A stretch of 64,000 nucleotides of DNA from Bacilli bacterium. Lineage in GTDB: Bacteria; Bacillota_I; Bacilli_A; ML615J-28; CAG-698. Numbering within the stretch: the stretch's first letter is position 1; each line of letters opens with the position of its first letter. The notes under the pieces were generated by a model that had not been told where the DNA came from, ran no database searches, and worked only from the letters and a program-made list of their open reading frames with translations. The position numbers were made by a program, and so were the translations under genes. The stretch covers positions 192,001-256,000 of the forward strand of contig JBMNLZ010000001.1 in NCBI GenBank assembly GCA_050953065.1, read 5' to 3'. Below are positions 8,288 through 19,456 of the stretch, piece by piece.

Positions 8288-10612
8288 TTACTTAAAATAA
8301 ATTATAGTTACTCCTTGACCACCCTCACCATCTCTACCATATCTATATTCTTTAATATGTTTATTAGTAGAGAGTTTATCTAAAACTAATTTTCTCATCG
8401 TGCCAGTTCCAAACCCATGAATTATAGAAACTTGTCCTAATGCTGCTAATAACGCATCATCTAAAAATTTATCTATTAAAATTGATGCCTCTTCATATCT
8501 TTTACCACGCAAATCAAGATTGGTACTAATTTTTTTCGGTATAGCAACTTCAATTTTTTTGTTTGTAACTGTATTTTCATAATTTCCAGCAATTTTTTTT
8601 ATTTCATTTTTTTCTAATAACATAGTAGCATTACCAATGCTTACTAAAAACTTATCTTTTTTCTTTTCAATTATTTTTCCAGATGAATTATAGTTTTTTA
8701 CAAAAACCATATCATTAATTTCAAATTCTTCTACTGATTCAGTTAAATCACTTTCAATATTTTCTTCTTCTACAATATTAATCTTTCCTTGTAAATTAGC
8801 TATTTCGTGAAGTTTGACCTCTTTTGTTTTTAACTTCTTTAATTCTTTTAAAATATCTTTAGCTTCACTAATCTTTTCTTCTATCAGTTTTTGTGAATCA
8901 ACATTGGCTTTCTTAAGAATTTTTTCTCTTTCTATAATTGTATTATCATATAATTCATCAGTCTTTTCTTTTTTTATTTTCGTTTCTAATTCAAGTTTTT
9001 CAATATTTTTTAACTTTTCATCCATTTCATGTGCTTGCTTTATTAGTTTATCTAATATTGAATTCAATTGGTCATTTTTTTGAAAAGCATATTCTTTAGC
9101 TTTCTCAATAACTTCCGTTTTTAACCCTAAATTTTTAGAAATTTCAATAGCATTACTTTGACCTGGAATTCCTAATAACAATTTATACGTGGGTTTTAAA
9201 GTAAACGAATCAAACTCAACGCTAGCATTTATTAAATTAGAATTATTAAAAGCATATACTTTCAAATCTGAATAATGACTTGTAGCAATAAGCATACATT
9301 CTTTGTTTAATACATACTCAATTATTGAAATTGCTAAACTAGCACCTTCTAAAGGATCAGTACCAGCTCCAAGTTCATCAAATAGTACCAATGAGTTTTT
9401 GGTCACTTTTTCAATTATTTCAATTATATTTTTTAAATGTGATGAAAATGTAGACAGGTTTTGAGCAATGCTTTGTTCATCCCCTATATCAGAATAGACA
9501 TTATCAAAAATATTTAAATTGCTTCTTTCATCACAAGGAAGCATTAAACCAAACTTTACCATCAATGAAAGAAGTCCAACAGTTTTTAATAGAACTGTTT
9601 TACCTCCAGTATTTGGGCCAGTGATAATAATTCCCTTATACTCATTACCTATAGTAATAGTATTTTTTACTATGTTTGGGACATTTAATAATGGATGATA
9701 GCAATTGATTAACGAAACTTTTCCTGAATTATTTATATTTGGTTTATTCCCATTTATCTTGATAGAATATTTAGCTTTAGCACATATTAAATCTAAACTC
9801 AAAAAAATATTAAAAGAAAAGTTTAAATCTTCATAATTATCGGCAATATTAGAAGATATTCTTTGTAAGATTTTGACAATCTCTCGTTTTTCTTCTTCTA
9901 GCAATTGATTAAGTCTATTTGATATCTCGCATACTGAACTAGGTTCAATATATACAGTTTCTCCCGATCCAGATTGATCATGAATTATTCCTGGAACAGA
10001 GTTTTTATAATCATTTTTTACAGATAAAACATATCTATTGTTTCTAATAGAAATTATATTTTGTGTTAGTTTTGATGCTAATTTTGAAATTAATTCTTTT
10101 AACTTCTTTTGAATGTTAGCTTCACTTAGTCTTATATTTCTTCTTATATCGTTTAAAACTGGACTAGCATCATCCTTAATATTGCCATTATCATCAATTA
10201 TCTTTTTAATGCTCATATTTAGGTCTTTTGGATATATTAATAGATCTACATATTTTTTATAATGGTCAATTTTTCCAACAATATTGATTGTTTTTTCTAC
10301 AAAAATTTGATTTTCTTTAATGCAATCTAAAAATCTTCCAATTTCGTAAACATCTTTTTCTGATAACAAACCATTTTTAGAAGCATAATTAATATTTTTC
10401 TCTACATCATCGCTAAAAAATATTGGAGGTTCACCAACTCTTTTAATAATAATTGATGCTTCTTCAACTTCATCTAGCATTATAGAGACCAAATCAAAAT
10501 CATTTGTTAAGACAGTTTCATCAATTAATACTTTATTCTTATTTAGTCGTAAAAATTCTTTTACTTGTTCGATGATTTTGTCAAACTCCAAGACTTTATA
10601 AAATTTATCCAT
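8288..10612 (-). CDS. mutS2: MutS2 ATPase with C-terminal Smr domain
   Basis: TGPNTGGKT, DIGDEQSI, LSTFSSH and DELGAGTDP motifs; Smr domain with LDLRG and IIHGFGTG. Confidence 0.96.
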   Translation of the reverse strand: MDKFYKVLEFDKIIEQVKEFLRLNKNKVLIDETVLTNDFDLVSIMLDEVEEASIIIKRVGEPPIFFSDDVEKNINYASKNGLLSEKDVYEIGRFLDCIKENQIFVEKTINIVGKIDHYKKYVDLLIYPKDLNMSIKKIIDDNGNIKDDASPVLNDIRRNIRLSEANIQKKLKELISKLASKLTQNIISIRNNRYVLSVKNDYKNSVPGIIHDQSGSGETVYIEPSSVCEISNRLNQLLEEEKREIVKILQRISSNIADNYEDLNFSFNIFLSLDLICAKAKYSIKINGNKPNINNSGKVSLINCYHPLLNVPNIVKNTITIGNEYKGIIITGPNTGGKTVLLKTVGLLSLMVKFGLMLPCDERSNLNIFDNVYSDIGDEQSIAQNLSTFSSHLKNIIEIIEKVTKNSLVLFDELGAGTDPLEGASLAISIIEYVLNKECMLIATSHYSDLKVYAFNNSNLINASVEFDSFTLKPTYKLLLGIPGQSNAIEISKNLGLKTEVIEKAKEYAFQKNDQLNSILDKLIKQAHEMDEKLKNIEKLELETKIKKEKTDELYDNTIIEREKILKKANVDSQKLIEEKISEAKDILKELKKLKTKEVKLHEIANLQGKINIVEEENIESDLTESVEEFEINDMVFVKNYNSSGKIIEKKKDKFLVSIGNATMLLEKNEIKKIAGNYENTVTNKKIEVAIPKKISTNLDLRGKRYEEASILIDKFLDDALLAALGQVSIIHGFGTGTMRKLVLDKLSTNKHIKEYRYGRDGEGGQGVTIIYFK

Positions 10613-10676
10613 ATATCTTTATACTTCTTTCTTTTTATTAAAAAATATGGTATAATTACACTAAGGGGTTGATAGC

Positions 10677-11561
10677 GTGGTAAAAACTTTAAAACTTAAT
10701 AACCAACAGTTTGATAAAGTCATAGAATTTTATAGACCATATCAAATTAACAATGCAAACGAATATACAAGTTTTAGAGCAAAAGTCGGCAACACTGTTA
10801 TTACTTGTTATAAAACTTTTACTGTAGCTATCCAAGGCTTAAAGGCCAGTGAAATTTACACAGATATTTCTAGATTGCTCAATTTAAAAGTGGAAAAGGA
10901 AAGTGAAAAATCCATAAGCACTAACCTCAACCTCTCTATCATAGGAACTGATGAAGTAGGCACCGGAGATGTTTTTGGTGGAATTGTAGTTGTTGCTTGC
11001 TTTGTACCAAAAGAACAAATCTTAAATCTTAAACGATTGGGTGTTAAAGATAGTAAAATGCTAACTGATCCAGCAATTATCAAACTCGCTCCTACATTAA
11101 TGAAAAGCTTACTATATACATACATTTATTTTGATAATTCTAAATATAATAGTCTTTATGATCCTAAAAACATGAATATGAATAAGATCAAAGCCATTTT
11201 ACATAATAAATGCATTTTGAAAATCTTAGAAAAGAAACCAAATTTTGATAAAATCATCATTGATGGTTTTACAAATAAAGAAAATTATTTTAGATATTTA
11301 CATGACACTGAAGTTTTTCCTGATATTACACTAGAACAAAAAGGCGAAAGCAAACACATTGCTATTGCTGCTGCTAGTATTATCGCTAGATACATCTTCC
11401 TAGCATATCTTAATAAAATATCAAAAATATCAGGTTATACACTTTTAAAAGGCGCTTCTACTCAAGCAAGTGATTTAGCAAAAACCATCATTCAACAAAG
11501 AGGTGAAGCTTTCTTAAGTAAAATTGCAAAACTAAACTTCAAGTCAGTAAAGAAAAATTAA
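10677..11561 (+). CDS. rnhC: Ribonuclease HIII
   Basis: N-terminal TBP-like domain; IGTDEVGTGD, GVKDSK and AAASIIAR motifs; divergent from mutS2. Confidence 0.93.
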   Translation: MVKTLKLNNQQFDKVIEFYRPYQINNANEYTSFRAKVGNTVITCYKTFTVAIQGLKASEIYTDISRLLNLKVEKESEKSISTNLNLSIIGTDEVGTGDVFGGIVVVACFVPKEQILNLKRLGVKDSKMLTDPAIIKLAPTLMKSLLYTYIYFDNSKYNSLYDPKNMNMNKIKAILHNKCILKILEKKPNFDKIIIDGFTNKENYFRYLHDTEVFPDITLEQKGESKHIAIAAASIIARYIFLAYLNKISKISGYTLLKGASTQASDLAKTIIQQRGEAFLSKIAKLNFKSVKKN

Positions 11562-11587
11562 TGCTTTTTAAAAAGAAAAGCATTTTT
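11560..11587. terminator. Bidirectional terminator between rnhC and the RluA-family gene
   Basis: AATGCTTTT/AAAAGCATT inverted repeat between convergent stops. Confidence 0.65.
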
Positions 11588-12488
11588 ATTTTAACTCCCT
11601 AATAAAATCAGTAAAATATTCTGGTAGTTCTGAATCAAAATTCAGAACTTTTCTTTTTATAGGATGGAAAAAGCTTAGACTTTTCGCATGTAAAAATTGT
11701 CCATCTTTTACAATTGTTTTTCTTAGACCATAAACCTTATCTCCTACAATAGGAAAACCTATATATTTCATATGAACTCGAATTTGATGTGTCCGGCCTG
11801 TTTCCAGCGACAATTCTAGTAAAGTAAATTTTTCAAATCTCTTTAAAACCTTAAAGTTAGTAACTGCAGTTTTGCCTTTTTCTACTACTGCCATCATTTT
11901 TCTATTTTTCTCACTTCTTCCAATAGGAGCATCAACTTTCCCCAAATTATGTGGAATGACACCATGCACTAAGGCTATATATTGACGAACAACTTCTTTA
12001 TTAGCAAATTGTTTGCTTAAATTTCTATGAGTAACATCATTTTTACAAACAACAAGTAATCCCGATGTTTCCTTATCAATTCTGTGAACTATTCCAGGTC
12101 TTAAAACACCATTAATGCCCGATAAATCTTTGCAGTGATATAAAAGGGCATTAACTAAAGTCCCCTCATAATTACCATGGCCAGGATGTACAACCATTCC
12201 TCTTGGTTTATTCACTACTAAAAGATTATCATCCTCATATACTACTTCAATATCTATTTTTTGAGCAACAGCTTTAGTTTCAACATTTTTAGGAATTTCT
12301 ACCGTTATTTTATCATTATTTTTTAATAAAACATTAGGTTTACAAGGTCCATCATTCAATAATACAAAATTAGAATTAATCAAACTTTGAATTTGTGTTC
12401 TAGACATCTTATCATTTTTTTCTGTTAAATACTTATCAATTCTTTTTTTTGAATCTTCTTCTGCTACTATATAAATCATCTTTTCCAT
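11586..12488 (-). CDS. rluD: RluA-family (RluD-like) pseudouridine synthase
   Basis: S4 domain; NKPRGMVVHP, HRIDKETSG and TGRTHQIRVH motifs; follows lspA. Confidence 0.9.
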   Translation of the reverse strand: MEKMIYIVAEEDSKKRIDKYLTEKNDKMSRTQIQSLINSNFVLLNDGPCKPNVLLKNNDKITVEIPKNVETKAVAQKIDIEVVYEDDNLLVVNKPRGMVVHPGHGNYEGTLVNALLYHCKDLSGINGVLRPGIVHRIDKETSGLLVVCKNDVTHRNLSKQFANKEVVRQYIALVHGVIPHNLGKVDAPIGRSEKNRKMMAVVEKGKTAVTNFKVLKRFEKFTLLELSLETGRTHQIRVHMKYIGFPIVGDKVYGLRKTIVKDGQFLHAKSLSFFHPIKRKVLNFDSELPEYFTDFIRELK

Positions 12489-12949
12489 ATTTCGTTCTTT
12501 CCAATTAACATATCAGTAAGCATAAGTATGACTCCAATAGTTAAATAGCTATCTGCAAAGTTAAAAGTCCAAAATCTCCAATTACCAAAAATAAAAGAAA
12601 TCATATCTATAACTTCACCTCTAAAAATTCTATCTATTAAGTTGCCTAAAGCTCCAGCGATAATCAAAATTAATGCTATACTAAAAATGATTCTTTTTTT
12701 AAAATCTATTTGTTTAAAAGGAAATACTAAAAGAGCTATTATAGTAATAATAGCGACAATTGCTAAAATCCATGTATGTCCTGCAAACATTCCAAAAGCA
12801 CTTCCTGTATTAGCAGAATGTGTTAATTCAAGAAAATTAGGAATAACTACAATACAGTCACCTAATGCTAAATTGTTTACAATCATTTGTTTACTAAATT
12901 GATCAGCTAAGGTTAATATAATTATAAAAAACATTCCTAAAATATACAT
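12476..12949 (-). CDS. lspA: Lipoprotein signal peptidase II
   Basis: DQFSK, NTGSAFG, GALGNLIDR, VIDMI and FNFAD motifs. Confidence 0.96.
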   Translation of the reverse strand: MYILGMFFIIILTLADQFSKQMIVNNLALGDCIVVIPNFLELTHSANTGSAFGMFAGHTWILAIVAIITIIALLVFPFKQIDFKKRIIFSIALILIIAGALGNLIDRIFRGEVIDMISFIFGNWRFWTFNFADSYLTIGVILMLTDMLIGKNEIWKR

Positions 12950-12958
12950 ATTTTCTCC

Positions 12959-13375
12959 TTAAATAACTCTTGAAAATAAAATTAAAATTATCAAAGTAAA
13001 AGCAGCAAAACCTATATTTAAAAATTGATAAAAGAAAATAGCATTTTCATCAATTAGTTGTAAATTTTCCCTATCTTTACCATAAGCTTTTGCAATTTTA
13101 ACACTTAAATAGTTAGAAAGTCCATTACAAAACATTAATAATGTCCAAGAAATGGCAATTAACAAAGTAAATATTTTATAGTTATAAAAATAAGTTCTAA
13201 TTAGTCTATAAATTAAAAATACTAATGGTAAAACCAAAATAATTGTCAAGATAATTCCGCCCATAAAGATTTTAACATTATTCCAAAACTTAAATTTCAA
13301 TTCATAAAATTTCTTAGTTTCTTCTTTCCCTTTAGACCATAGATTCTTTTCTTTTTTTTCAGTATAATTATTCAT
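12959..13375 (-). CDS. Hypothetical membrane protein (3 TM)
   Basis: Three hydrophobic helices; coupled to the upstream gene; SD AAGGAG. Confidence 0.7.
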   Translation of the reverse strand: MNNYTEKKEKNLWSKGKEETKKFYELKFKFWNNVKIFMGGIILTIILVLPLVFLIYRLIRTYFYNYKIFTLLIAISWTLLMFCNGLSNYLSVKIAKAYGKDRENLQLIDENAIFFYQFLNIGFAAFTLIILILFSRVI

Positions 13376-14465
13376 TAGTTGTCTCCTTTAACCAATTAAT
13401 AGCATCTAATAAGTAGGTCACTTCAATTAGTTCAAAAGTAGGTTTTTTAATTTTACTATATACTTCTTTAGCTTCTTCATAATTTGATGATGGTATAAAA
13501 AATGCTTCCACTTTATTTTTTTGAGCTGTTAATAATTTCTGCTTAATACCTCCAACTCCACCAACCATATACTCATATTCCATAAATTCTTCATTATATA
13601 CAATTTCAATAGTTCCAGTACCAGCCACTCTAAATCCTTTAGTTAAATCAAATTCAGTTAATGCATCATAAATATATAGAGTTTGCATTAATCCTCCTGA
13701 AGGACCAGTTGATGATAAATTTTCTGCTAATGTATAACTAGGAGTTGAATCAATTACTTCATAATAAGCTTCACCGTATATACCAATTCCATAATTACCA
13801 GACTCTAATAATTGAGCAGGTGATAAAACATCTAAAGAAATATCATCTCTAATTATTTTTAAATTAATATTATCATCACTTGTTAAAGTTCCGTTATTTA
13901 TTTCACTGATTATTGTTAGTGTTTGTTCAAAACTCACTAATTCATTTTCATTTAATTCAATTATTAAATCACCAACTTTTAATCTGTTGTCAAATGTTTT
14001 ATTTATTGAAGTTACTCTAACTCCTTTATATTCATAATTTATATCTATTTCTAAATTTTCTTTATTAGCAGTCTTATAAGCAGCTATCAATGATTTAAAG
14101 ATACTATTTTTTTTATAATAAACCCCAGCAAGATAATCTTCTGCCATTGTTAAATCTACATTAGGATTATATTCTTTTAAATCAACACTATAATTATGTT
14201 GATGTAACCAATATTCAACTAATGAAATTTTTCTATTTTGTAATACACTAGTTGTATAAAAATTCCCTTTTTCACAATCAGATTCTATTTCTATGACATT
14301 TGCTACTGAAGAAATATATCCAGGATAAGTAGCTAGCACATTAACAGTTTTTGTTGTAATAACAATTAAAAAAACATACAAAAAAAGTAATATTGCCACT
14401 AATATTTTATAGTAAAACTTAGATTTTAAAATTTTTTTAAATACATCTTTACAAAATTCAAACAT
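13368..14465 (-). CDS. YlbL-like membrane-anchored PDZ / Lon-C (S16) protease
   Basis: N-terminal TM, PDZ (LKVGDLII), Ser-Lys dyad motifs GPSGGL and GGIKQK, and AGTGTI. Confidence 0.88.
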   Translation of the reverse strand: MFEFCKDVFKKILKSKFYYKILVAILLFLYVFLIVITTKTVNVLATYPGYISSVANVIEIESDCEKGNFYTTSVLQNRKISLVEYWLHQHNYSVDLKEYNPNVDLTMAEDYLAGVYYKKNSIFKSLIAAYKTANKENLEIDINYEYKGVRVTSINKTFDNRLKVGDLIIELNENELVSFEQTLTIISEINNGTLTSDDNINLKIIRDDISLDVLSPAQLLESGNYGIGIYGEAYYEVIDSTPSYTLAENLSSTGPSGGLMQTLYIYDALTEFDLTKGFRVAGTGTIEIVYNEEFMEYEYMVGGVGGIKQKLLTAQKNKVEAFFIPSSNYEEAKEVYSKIKKPTFELIEVTYLLDAINWLKETTNE

Positions 14466-14466
14466 C

Positions 14467-14940
14467 TTATTTGCCCTTTATTTCTATTAAAAAATCATTC
14501 ATTTTTCTTACTTTTATATTGGCAGCTTTTAACATCCTTTGTCCAGCTATTGAAGAATCAGTTTTTATATATTTATCATCAATGTAAACAATTTCTTTAA
14601 TTCCAGATTGAATTATTAATTTAACACACTCGTTACATGGGAATAAAGAAACATATAAAGTACAGTTTTCTAATGATGTTGTTGAATTTAAAATCGCATT
14701 AGTTTCAGCATGAACAACGTAAGGATATTTTACATTTAAAAAATCACCTTCATTTCCCCATGGAAATTCGTTATCATCACATCCATATGGGAAACCATTG
14801 TAGCCTATACCAACTATTTTATTTTTATTATTAACAATACATGCTCCCACTTGTGTGTTTGGATCTTTACTTCGTTTAGCTGAAAGTAAAGCAACTCCCA
14901 TAAAATATGTATCCCAATCAATATAATTACTTCTTTTCAT
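14467..14940 (-). CDS. dCMP deaminase
   Basis: RSKDPNTQVGA, GYNG, HAETNA and PCNEC motifs. Start ATG 14940 (MKRSNYIDWD). Confidence 0.92.
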   Translation of the reverse strand: MKRSNYIDWDTYFMGVALLSAKRSKDPNTQVGACIVNNKNKIVGIGYNGFPYGCDDNEFPWGNEGDFLNVKYPYVVHAETNAILNSTTSLENCTLYVSLFPCNECVKLIIQSGIKEIVYIDDKYIKTDSSIAGQRMLKAANIKVRKMNDFLIEIKGK

Positions 14941-15127
14941 TTTTTTCACTCTCTTCATTAACATCACTATTTCTTCTAAATAAACAACTATGAGATGTGC
15001 AACCATCACATTTATTTTGTTTTTCTCCATCTACTTTTATCTTTTTATTAATTAAAAAAGATATTAAAAATACCATCGCTAAGCCTAAAACAATACTAAT
15101 TTGCACTAAAAAGCTAGCTATAATCAT
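14927..15127 (-). CDS. Small single-TM protein with CxxC-x4-C motif
   Basis: Overlaps both neighbours like a coupled gene; SD AAGGAAG; N-terminal TM followed by KCDGCTSHSC. Confidence 0.7.
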   Translation of the reverse strand: MIIASFLVQISIVLGLAMVFLISFLINKKIKVDGEKQNKCDGCTSHSCLFRRNSDVNEESEKNEKK

Positions 15128-15788
15128 TATACACTTCCTTTTTAATAATATAATCAGCTAAAAGCAACCCTGCATAAGCAGTCACACCAACATACGAACC
15201 AAACTGATTTCCTTTTACCTCTTCCCTTGAACAAACAACATAAAAATCTTTTTTTATTTGAGCTTTTCTTAATTTTTCTCTAATAATTTTTGCTATTGGA
15301 TCATAACTTGTTTTAAAGATTTTTGTAATTTCAACCTTTGAAGGCTCAATTTTCTTTGCCATTCCCATCGAACTAATAAACTTTATATTATTATCTAGTA
15401 AATAAGTTATTAAAAAAAATTTATTTTCAACATCATCGATTGCATCAACTACATAATCAATATCTAAATTTTCTAAAAAGTTATTCTTTTGATTAAATTT
15501 TTCTTTGAATATCTTTACATTACAATCTGGGTTAATCTCTAAAATCATCTTTTTTAATACTTCTACTTTTGGTTGATTTATAGTTTTAGAGTTAGCACTA
15601 ACTTGTCTATTAATATTAGATGTTTCAACTACATCAAAATCACATAAATAAAGGTTTTTTACCCCACATCTAACTAAAGAAACTGCACACATTCCACCTA
15701 CACCACCAACTCCAATAATTGCAACCTTTATATTATTAAGTTTTTCAAAATTTTTTTCACCAATTAAACTAATAAATCTATTAAACAT
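15114..15788 (-). CDS. tcdA: tRNA threonylcarbamoyladenosine dehydratase (ThiF family)
   Basis: GVGGVG, DFDVVETSNINRQ, VDAID, SSMG and TSYDPIAK motifs; follows aspS as in Bacilli. Confidence 0.88.
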   Translation of the reverse strand: MFNRFISLIGEKNFEKLNNIKVAIIGVGGVGGMCAVSLVRCGVKNLYLCDFDVVETSNINRQVSANSKTINQPKVEVLKKMILEINPDCNVKIFKEKFNQKNNFLENLDIDYVVDAIDDVENKFFLITYLLDNNIKFISSMGMAKKIEPSKVEITKIFKTSYDPIAKIIREKLRKAQIKKDFYVVCSREEVKGNQFGSYVGVTAYAGLLLADYIIKKEVYNDYS

Positions 15789-17530
15789 TATTTTTTTATT
15801 TCCAATTTCAATTCTTTTAATTGCTTTTCTGAAACAACTGATGGTGCTTCACTCATTGGACACATAGCGTTAGCACTTTTTGGAAAAGCAATAACATCTC
15901 TTATTGAAGTTAAGTTAGCCAAAATCATAACTAATCTATCTAATCCTAAAGCAATACCTCCATGAGGCGGAGTTCCGTATTTCAACGCTTCAACAAAATA
16001 TCCGAATTTCAATTTTATTTCTTCTTCAGTTAAACCGATTGCCTTAAACATTTTTGACTGTAAATCTTGATTATGAATTCTAATAGAACCACTTCCAAGT
16101 TCAAATCCATTTAATACAATATCATATTCTCGTGCTCTAACTTTTCCTTGATCAGTCAACAAATATTTAACATCTTCTTCTCTAGGAGCAGTAAACGGAT
16201 GATGTGTAGCAACATATCTTCCTTCTTCTTCATCAAACTCAAACAATGGCCAATCTACTAGCCATAGAAAATTAAATTTATTAGCATCAATCAAGTTTAA
16301 TTCTTTTCCTAAATAATTTCTAAGATTTGCTAATGATTGATTAACTACGTTCTCACTATCAGCAACAATTAGAATTAAGTCGCCATCTTCAATTTGCATT
16401 TTTGATTTTAAAACTTCAAAAGCCGGTTCAATATATTTTGAAATTCCCCCACTTGAAATAGAATTTTCATATTTAAACCATGCCAACCCTTTTGCATTAA
16501 ACTTTTTAACATACTCTGTAAGCCCATCTATATCTTTTCTAGAAAAAGCATCTGCCCTTCCTTTTACATTTATTCCTTTTATTATTCCTTTATTAGATAA
16601 AGCATTTTGAAAAACACTAAACTCTAAATCTTTTACTTCTTTAGAAATATTTATTAATTCTAATTCAAACCTTGTATCAGGCTTATCGGTACCGTATCTT
16701 TCAAACGAATCCTTAAAAGATAACCTTGGAAAAGGTGTTGATATATCAATATTTTTAACATCCTTCATGACTTTTTTTAGCATTCCTTCAATTACATCAT
16801 AAATGTTTTCTTCATTTACAAAACTCATTTCAATATCAACTTGCGTAAATTCCATTTGTCTATCTGCTCTTAAATCCTCATCTCTAAAACATTTTACTAT
16901 TTGAAAATACTTTTCAAATCCAGATACCATTAATAATTGCTTATACATTTGAGGTGATTGTGGTAATGCATAAAATTTCCCCGGATGAACTCTAGATGGA
17001 ACTAAATAATCTCTTGCACCTTCCGGAGTAGATTTACCAAAAACTGGCGTTTCAATTTCTACAAAATCTAAAGAATCTAAATATTTTCTAATTGACTTGC
17101 AAACATTGTTTCGCATAATTAAGTTTTTTTGCATCACAGGTCTTCGCAAATCAAGATATCTATACTTCATTCTAACATCTTCTAAAGCATCTGTTTCATC
17201 AGCAATTATAAGAGGAGTTGTTATAGATTCACTCAAAACTTCTACTTTAAAAATTTCAACTTCTATCTCTCCTGTTGGAATATTTAAGTTTTTGCTTTCC
17301 CTTTCAAGAACTTTTCCCTCTATTAATATAACAAATTCATTTCTTAAATTTTCCACTATACTATAATTTTGATTTTCAGGTTTACAAACAAGTTGAGTAA
17401 TTCCATATCGATCTCTTAAATCAATAAATATTAACCCACCTAAATTTCTTTTTTTTGCAACCCAGCCTGCTAAAGATACTACTTTATTTACATCAGAAAT
17501 TCTAAGTTGTCCATTATTATGTGTTCTCAT
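15788..17530 (-). CDS. aspS: Aspartate--tRNA ligase
   Basis: [31 protein letters not shown] and [12 protein letters not shown] motifs. Confidence 0.98.
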   Translation of the reverse strand: MRTHNNGQLRISDVNKVVSLAGWVAKKRNLGGLIFIDLRDRYGITQLVCKPENQNYSIVENLRNEFVILIEGKVLERESKNLNIPTGEIEVEIFKVEVLSESITTPLIIADETDALEDVRMKYRYLDLRRPVMQKNLIMRNNVCKSIRKYLDSLDFVEIETPVFGKSTPEGARDYLVPSRVHPGKFYALPQSPQMYKQLLMVSGFEKYFQIVKCFRDEDLRADRQMEFTQVDIEMSFVNEENIYDVIEGMLKKVMKDVKNIDISTPFPRLSFKDSFERYGTDKPDTRFELELINISKEVKDLEFSVFQNALSNKGIIKGINVKGRADAFSRKDIDGLTEYVKKFNAKGLAWFKYENSISSGGISKYIEPAFEVLKSKMQIEDGDLILIVADSENVVNQSLANLRNYLGKELNLIDANKFNFLWLVDWPLFEFDEEEGRYVATHHPFTAPREEDVKYLLTDQGKVRAREYDIVLNGFELGSGSIRIHNQDLQSKMFKAIGLTEEEIKLKFGYFVEALKYGTPPHGGIALGLDRLVMILANLTSIRDVIAFPKSANAMCPMSEAPSVVSEKQLKELKLEIKK

Positions 17531-18801
17531 TTATTATAATTCTCCTTTAAATATATAACTAACTTGGAAATCAGTATTTTTTCTTGTACTCCACCTTGAG
17601 AATCTTTCACCATTACTGCCTTTTCCTTAACCTCATTCTCACCTATAATAATAGTAGCTTTTGGCTTTAGTTTGTCTGCTAAATTAAACTGAGGCTTTAA
17701 TTTAGTATTTTTATAATCCATATCTACAATAAAATCATTATTTCTAAGCATTAAAGCAATTTCAAGGCCTATTTTTTTAGCATTTTCGTCTAAACCTATA
17801 ATAACAAAATCAACAGACCTTTCTAAATTATCCCATAAATTTTGTTTATCCATAATAGATATTACTCGTTCAATACCAAAAGCATATCCTATACCACTTA
17901 TGTTTGGCCCACCCATTTGATTAACTAAATTTGCATATTTGCCACCAGCACAGATAGTTAAACCATTAAATTCATCTTCACTTTCTGAAACGAATTCAAA
18001 TACAGTATCTGTATAATAATCTAATCCCCTAACTAAATTTAAATCAATAATAAATGGAATTTTAAATGAATCTAAAATTTCAATCAAATTATTAAAATAC
18101 ATTTTCGATTCATCGGTTAAGAAACTAGAGATTTTAGGAATGTTACTCATAATTTCAAGTTTTTTATCAATTTTACAATCTAAAATTCTTAAAGGATTAC
18201 TTTCTAATCTTCTATTACAATCTTCACACAACATGTTTTTATATTTAGAAAAATATGTTTTTATTGATTCCGCATATTTTTTTCTTGAAACCTCGTCTCC
18301 AATTGAATTTATATGAAGTTTAATATTTTTAATTTTTAGATTCAAAAATACATTGTATGCACTAATTATTATATCTGCATCTAATAGATAACTAGATTCT
18401 CCAAAAGCTTCTACTCCAAATTGATGAAACTGTCTGAATCTACCCGATTGTGGTCTTTCATATCTAAACATTGGTCCAAAGTAATAATATTTGTTTAAAG
18501 CAAATGAATTAGCATATAATTTATTTTCAAGATAACTCCTAACAATAGAAGCTGTCCCTTCAGGCCTTAATGTTATACTTCTATCAGATTTATCATTAAA
18601 AGTATACATCTCTTTTTTTACAATGTCAGTATCATCACCAACACTTCTTCTAAACAACTCAGTGTTTTCAAAAATAGGAGTAATCATTTCGCTATAATTA
18701 TATTTTTGTAATATCTCAAACATCTTTTTTTCAACGTATCTTAATTTAAGACTTTTTTGATCATAAAAATCTTGAGTTCCTTTAATTCTTTGATATGACA
18801 T
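17527..18801 (-). CDS. hisS: Histidine--tRNA ligase
   Basis: [29 protein letters not shown] and GIERV motifs. ATG 18801 follows AAGGTGG. Confidence 0.98.
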   Translation of the reverse strand: MSYQRIKGTQDFYDQKSLKLRYVEKKMFEILQKYNYSEMITPIFENTELFRRSVGDDTDIVKKEMYTFNDKSDRSITLRPEGTASIVRSYLENKLYANSFALNKYYYFGPMFRYERPQSGRFRQFHQFGVEAFGESSYLLDADIIISAYNVFLNLKIKNIKLHINSIGDEVSRKKYAESIKTYFSKYKNMLCEDCNRRLESNPLRILDCKIDKKLEIMSNIPKISSFLTDESKMYFNNLIEILDSFKIPFIIDLNLVRGLDYYTDTVFEFVSESEDEFNGLTICAGGKYANLVNQMGGPNISGIGYAFGIERVISIMDKQNLWDNLERSVDFVIIGLDENAKKIGLEIALMLRNNDFIVDMDYKNTKLKPQFNLADKLKPKATIIIGENEVKEKAVMVKDSQGGVQEKILISKLVIYLKENYNK

Positions 18802-18876
18802 TTTATCCACCTTAATTGATTATTTATATCTAATATTTATAGATATTATATCATAATTTCATACTAAAATCTAGAT

Positions 18877-18903
18877 AAAAAAATAGGATAAAAATATCCT
18901 ATT
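18877..18903 (-). terminator. Intrinsic terminator after the ECF S-component gene
   Basis: AATAGGATA/TATCCTATT stem plus a T-run on the minus strand. Confidence 0.65.
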
Positions 18904-19456
18904 GATTTTGTTTTTTTATCCTTAAATTTTTTCTTTTTTCAAACGTTATAACAATTGCAGGAATAAACATTATTTGTAGTAATATTCCAAAAATTGGAGT
19001 TACGAAAAAATCTTTAATTAAATCTTTAATTCCATAAATTCCTATATCAGAAATTGAATAATAAATAATTTTAAATAGTCCACCTACAACCCTTTCAATT
19101 AATATAGTAGTTATCAAAGCAAAATAAATATTTAAAATGTTATTCTTAATGACATTAAAAGAATAAATAATACCACTAGCTAAACCACAAGTACTAAGTT
19201 CAATCATTAATGATAGACCATCTGGATAAAATACAAGCATTTCTCTTAAGCATAAACGTATTGCTAACGGAGTTAACACACCACAAACAAAACCATATTG
19301 CCAGCCGAGAGTAAAACCACAAATCAATACAATAAAATTTAATATAAGTAATCTATCAATCAAATTAGCCATATGATAAACTGGCATTAAAAGAACACCT
19401 AAAGCAATAAAAAACACACAAATTATTATATTTTCAACTTTAATCTTCAAATTCAT
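18899..19456 (-). CDS. ECF transporter S component, substrate unknown
   Basis: About 5-6 TM helices; pattern VLICGFTLGWQYGFVCGVLTP...MIEL...G...PIFGILLQIMFIP. Confidence 0.75.
   Translation of the reverse strand: MNLKIKVENIIICVFFIALGVLLMPVYHMANLIDRLLILNFIVLICGFTLGWQYGFVCGVLTPLAIRLCLREMLVFYPDGLSLMIELSTCGLASGIIYSFNVIKNNILNIYFALITTILIERVVGGLFKIIYYSISDIGIYGIKDLIKDFFVTPIFGILLQIMFIPAIVITFEKRKNLRIKKQNQ

Noticed and set aside
14941-15030. N-terminal extension of the dCMP deaminase in the ORF track
   Set aside because: It overlaps the Cys-rich small gene, and the family-like sequence begins at MKRSNYIDWD (14940).
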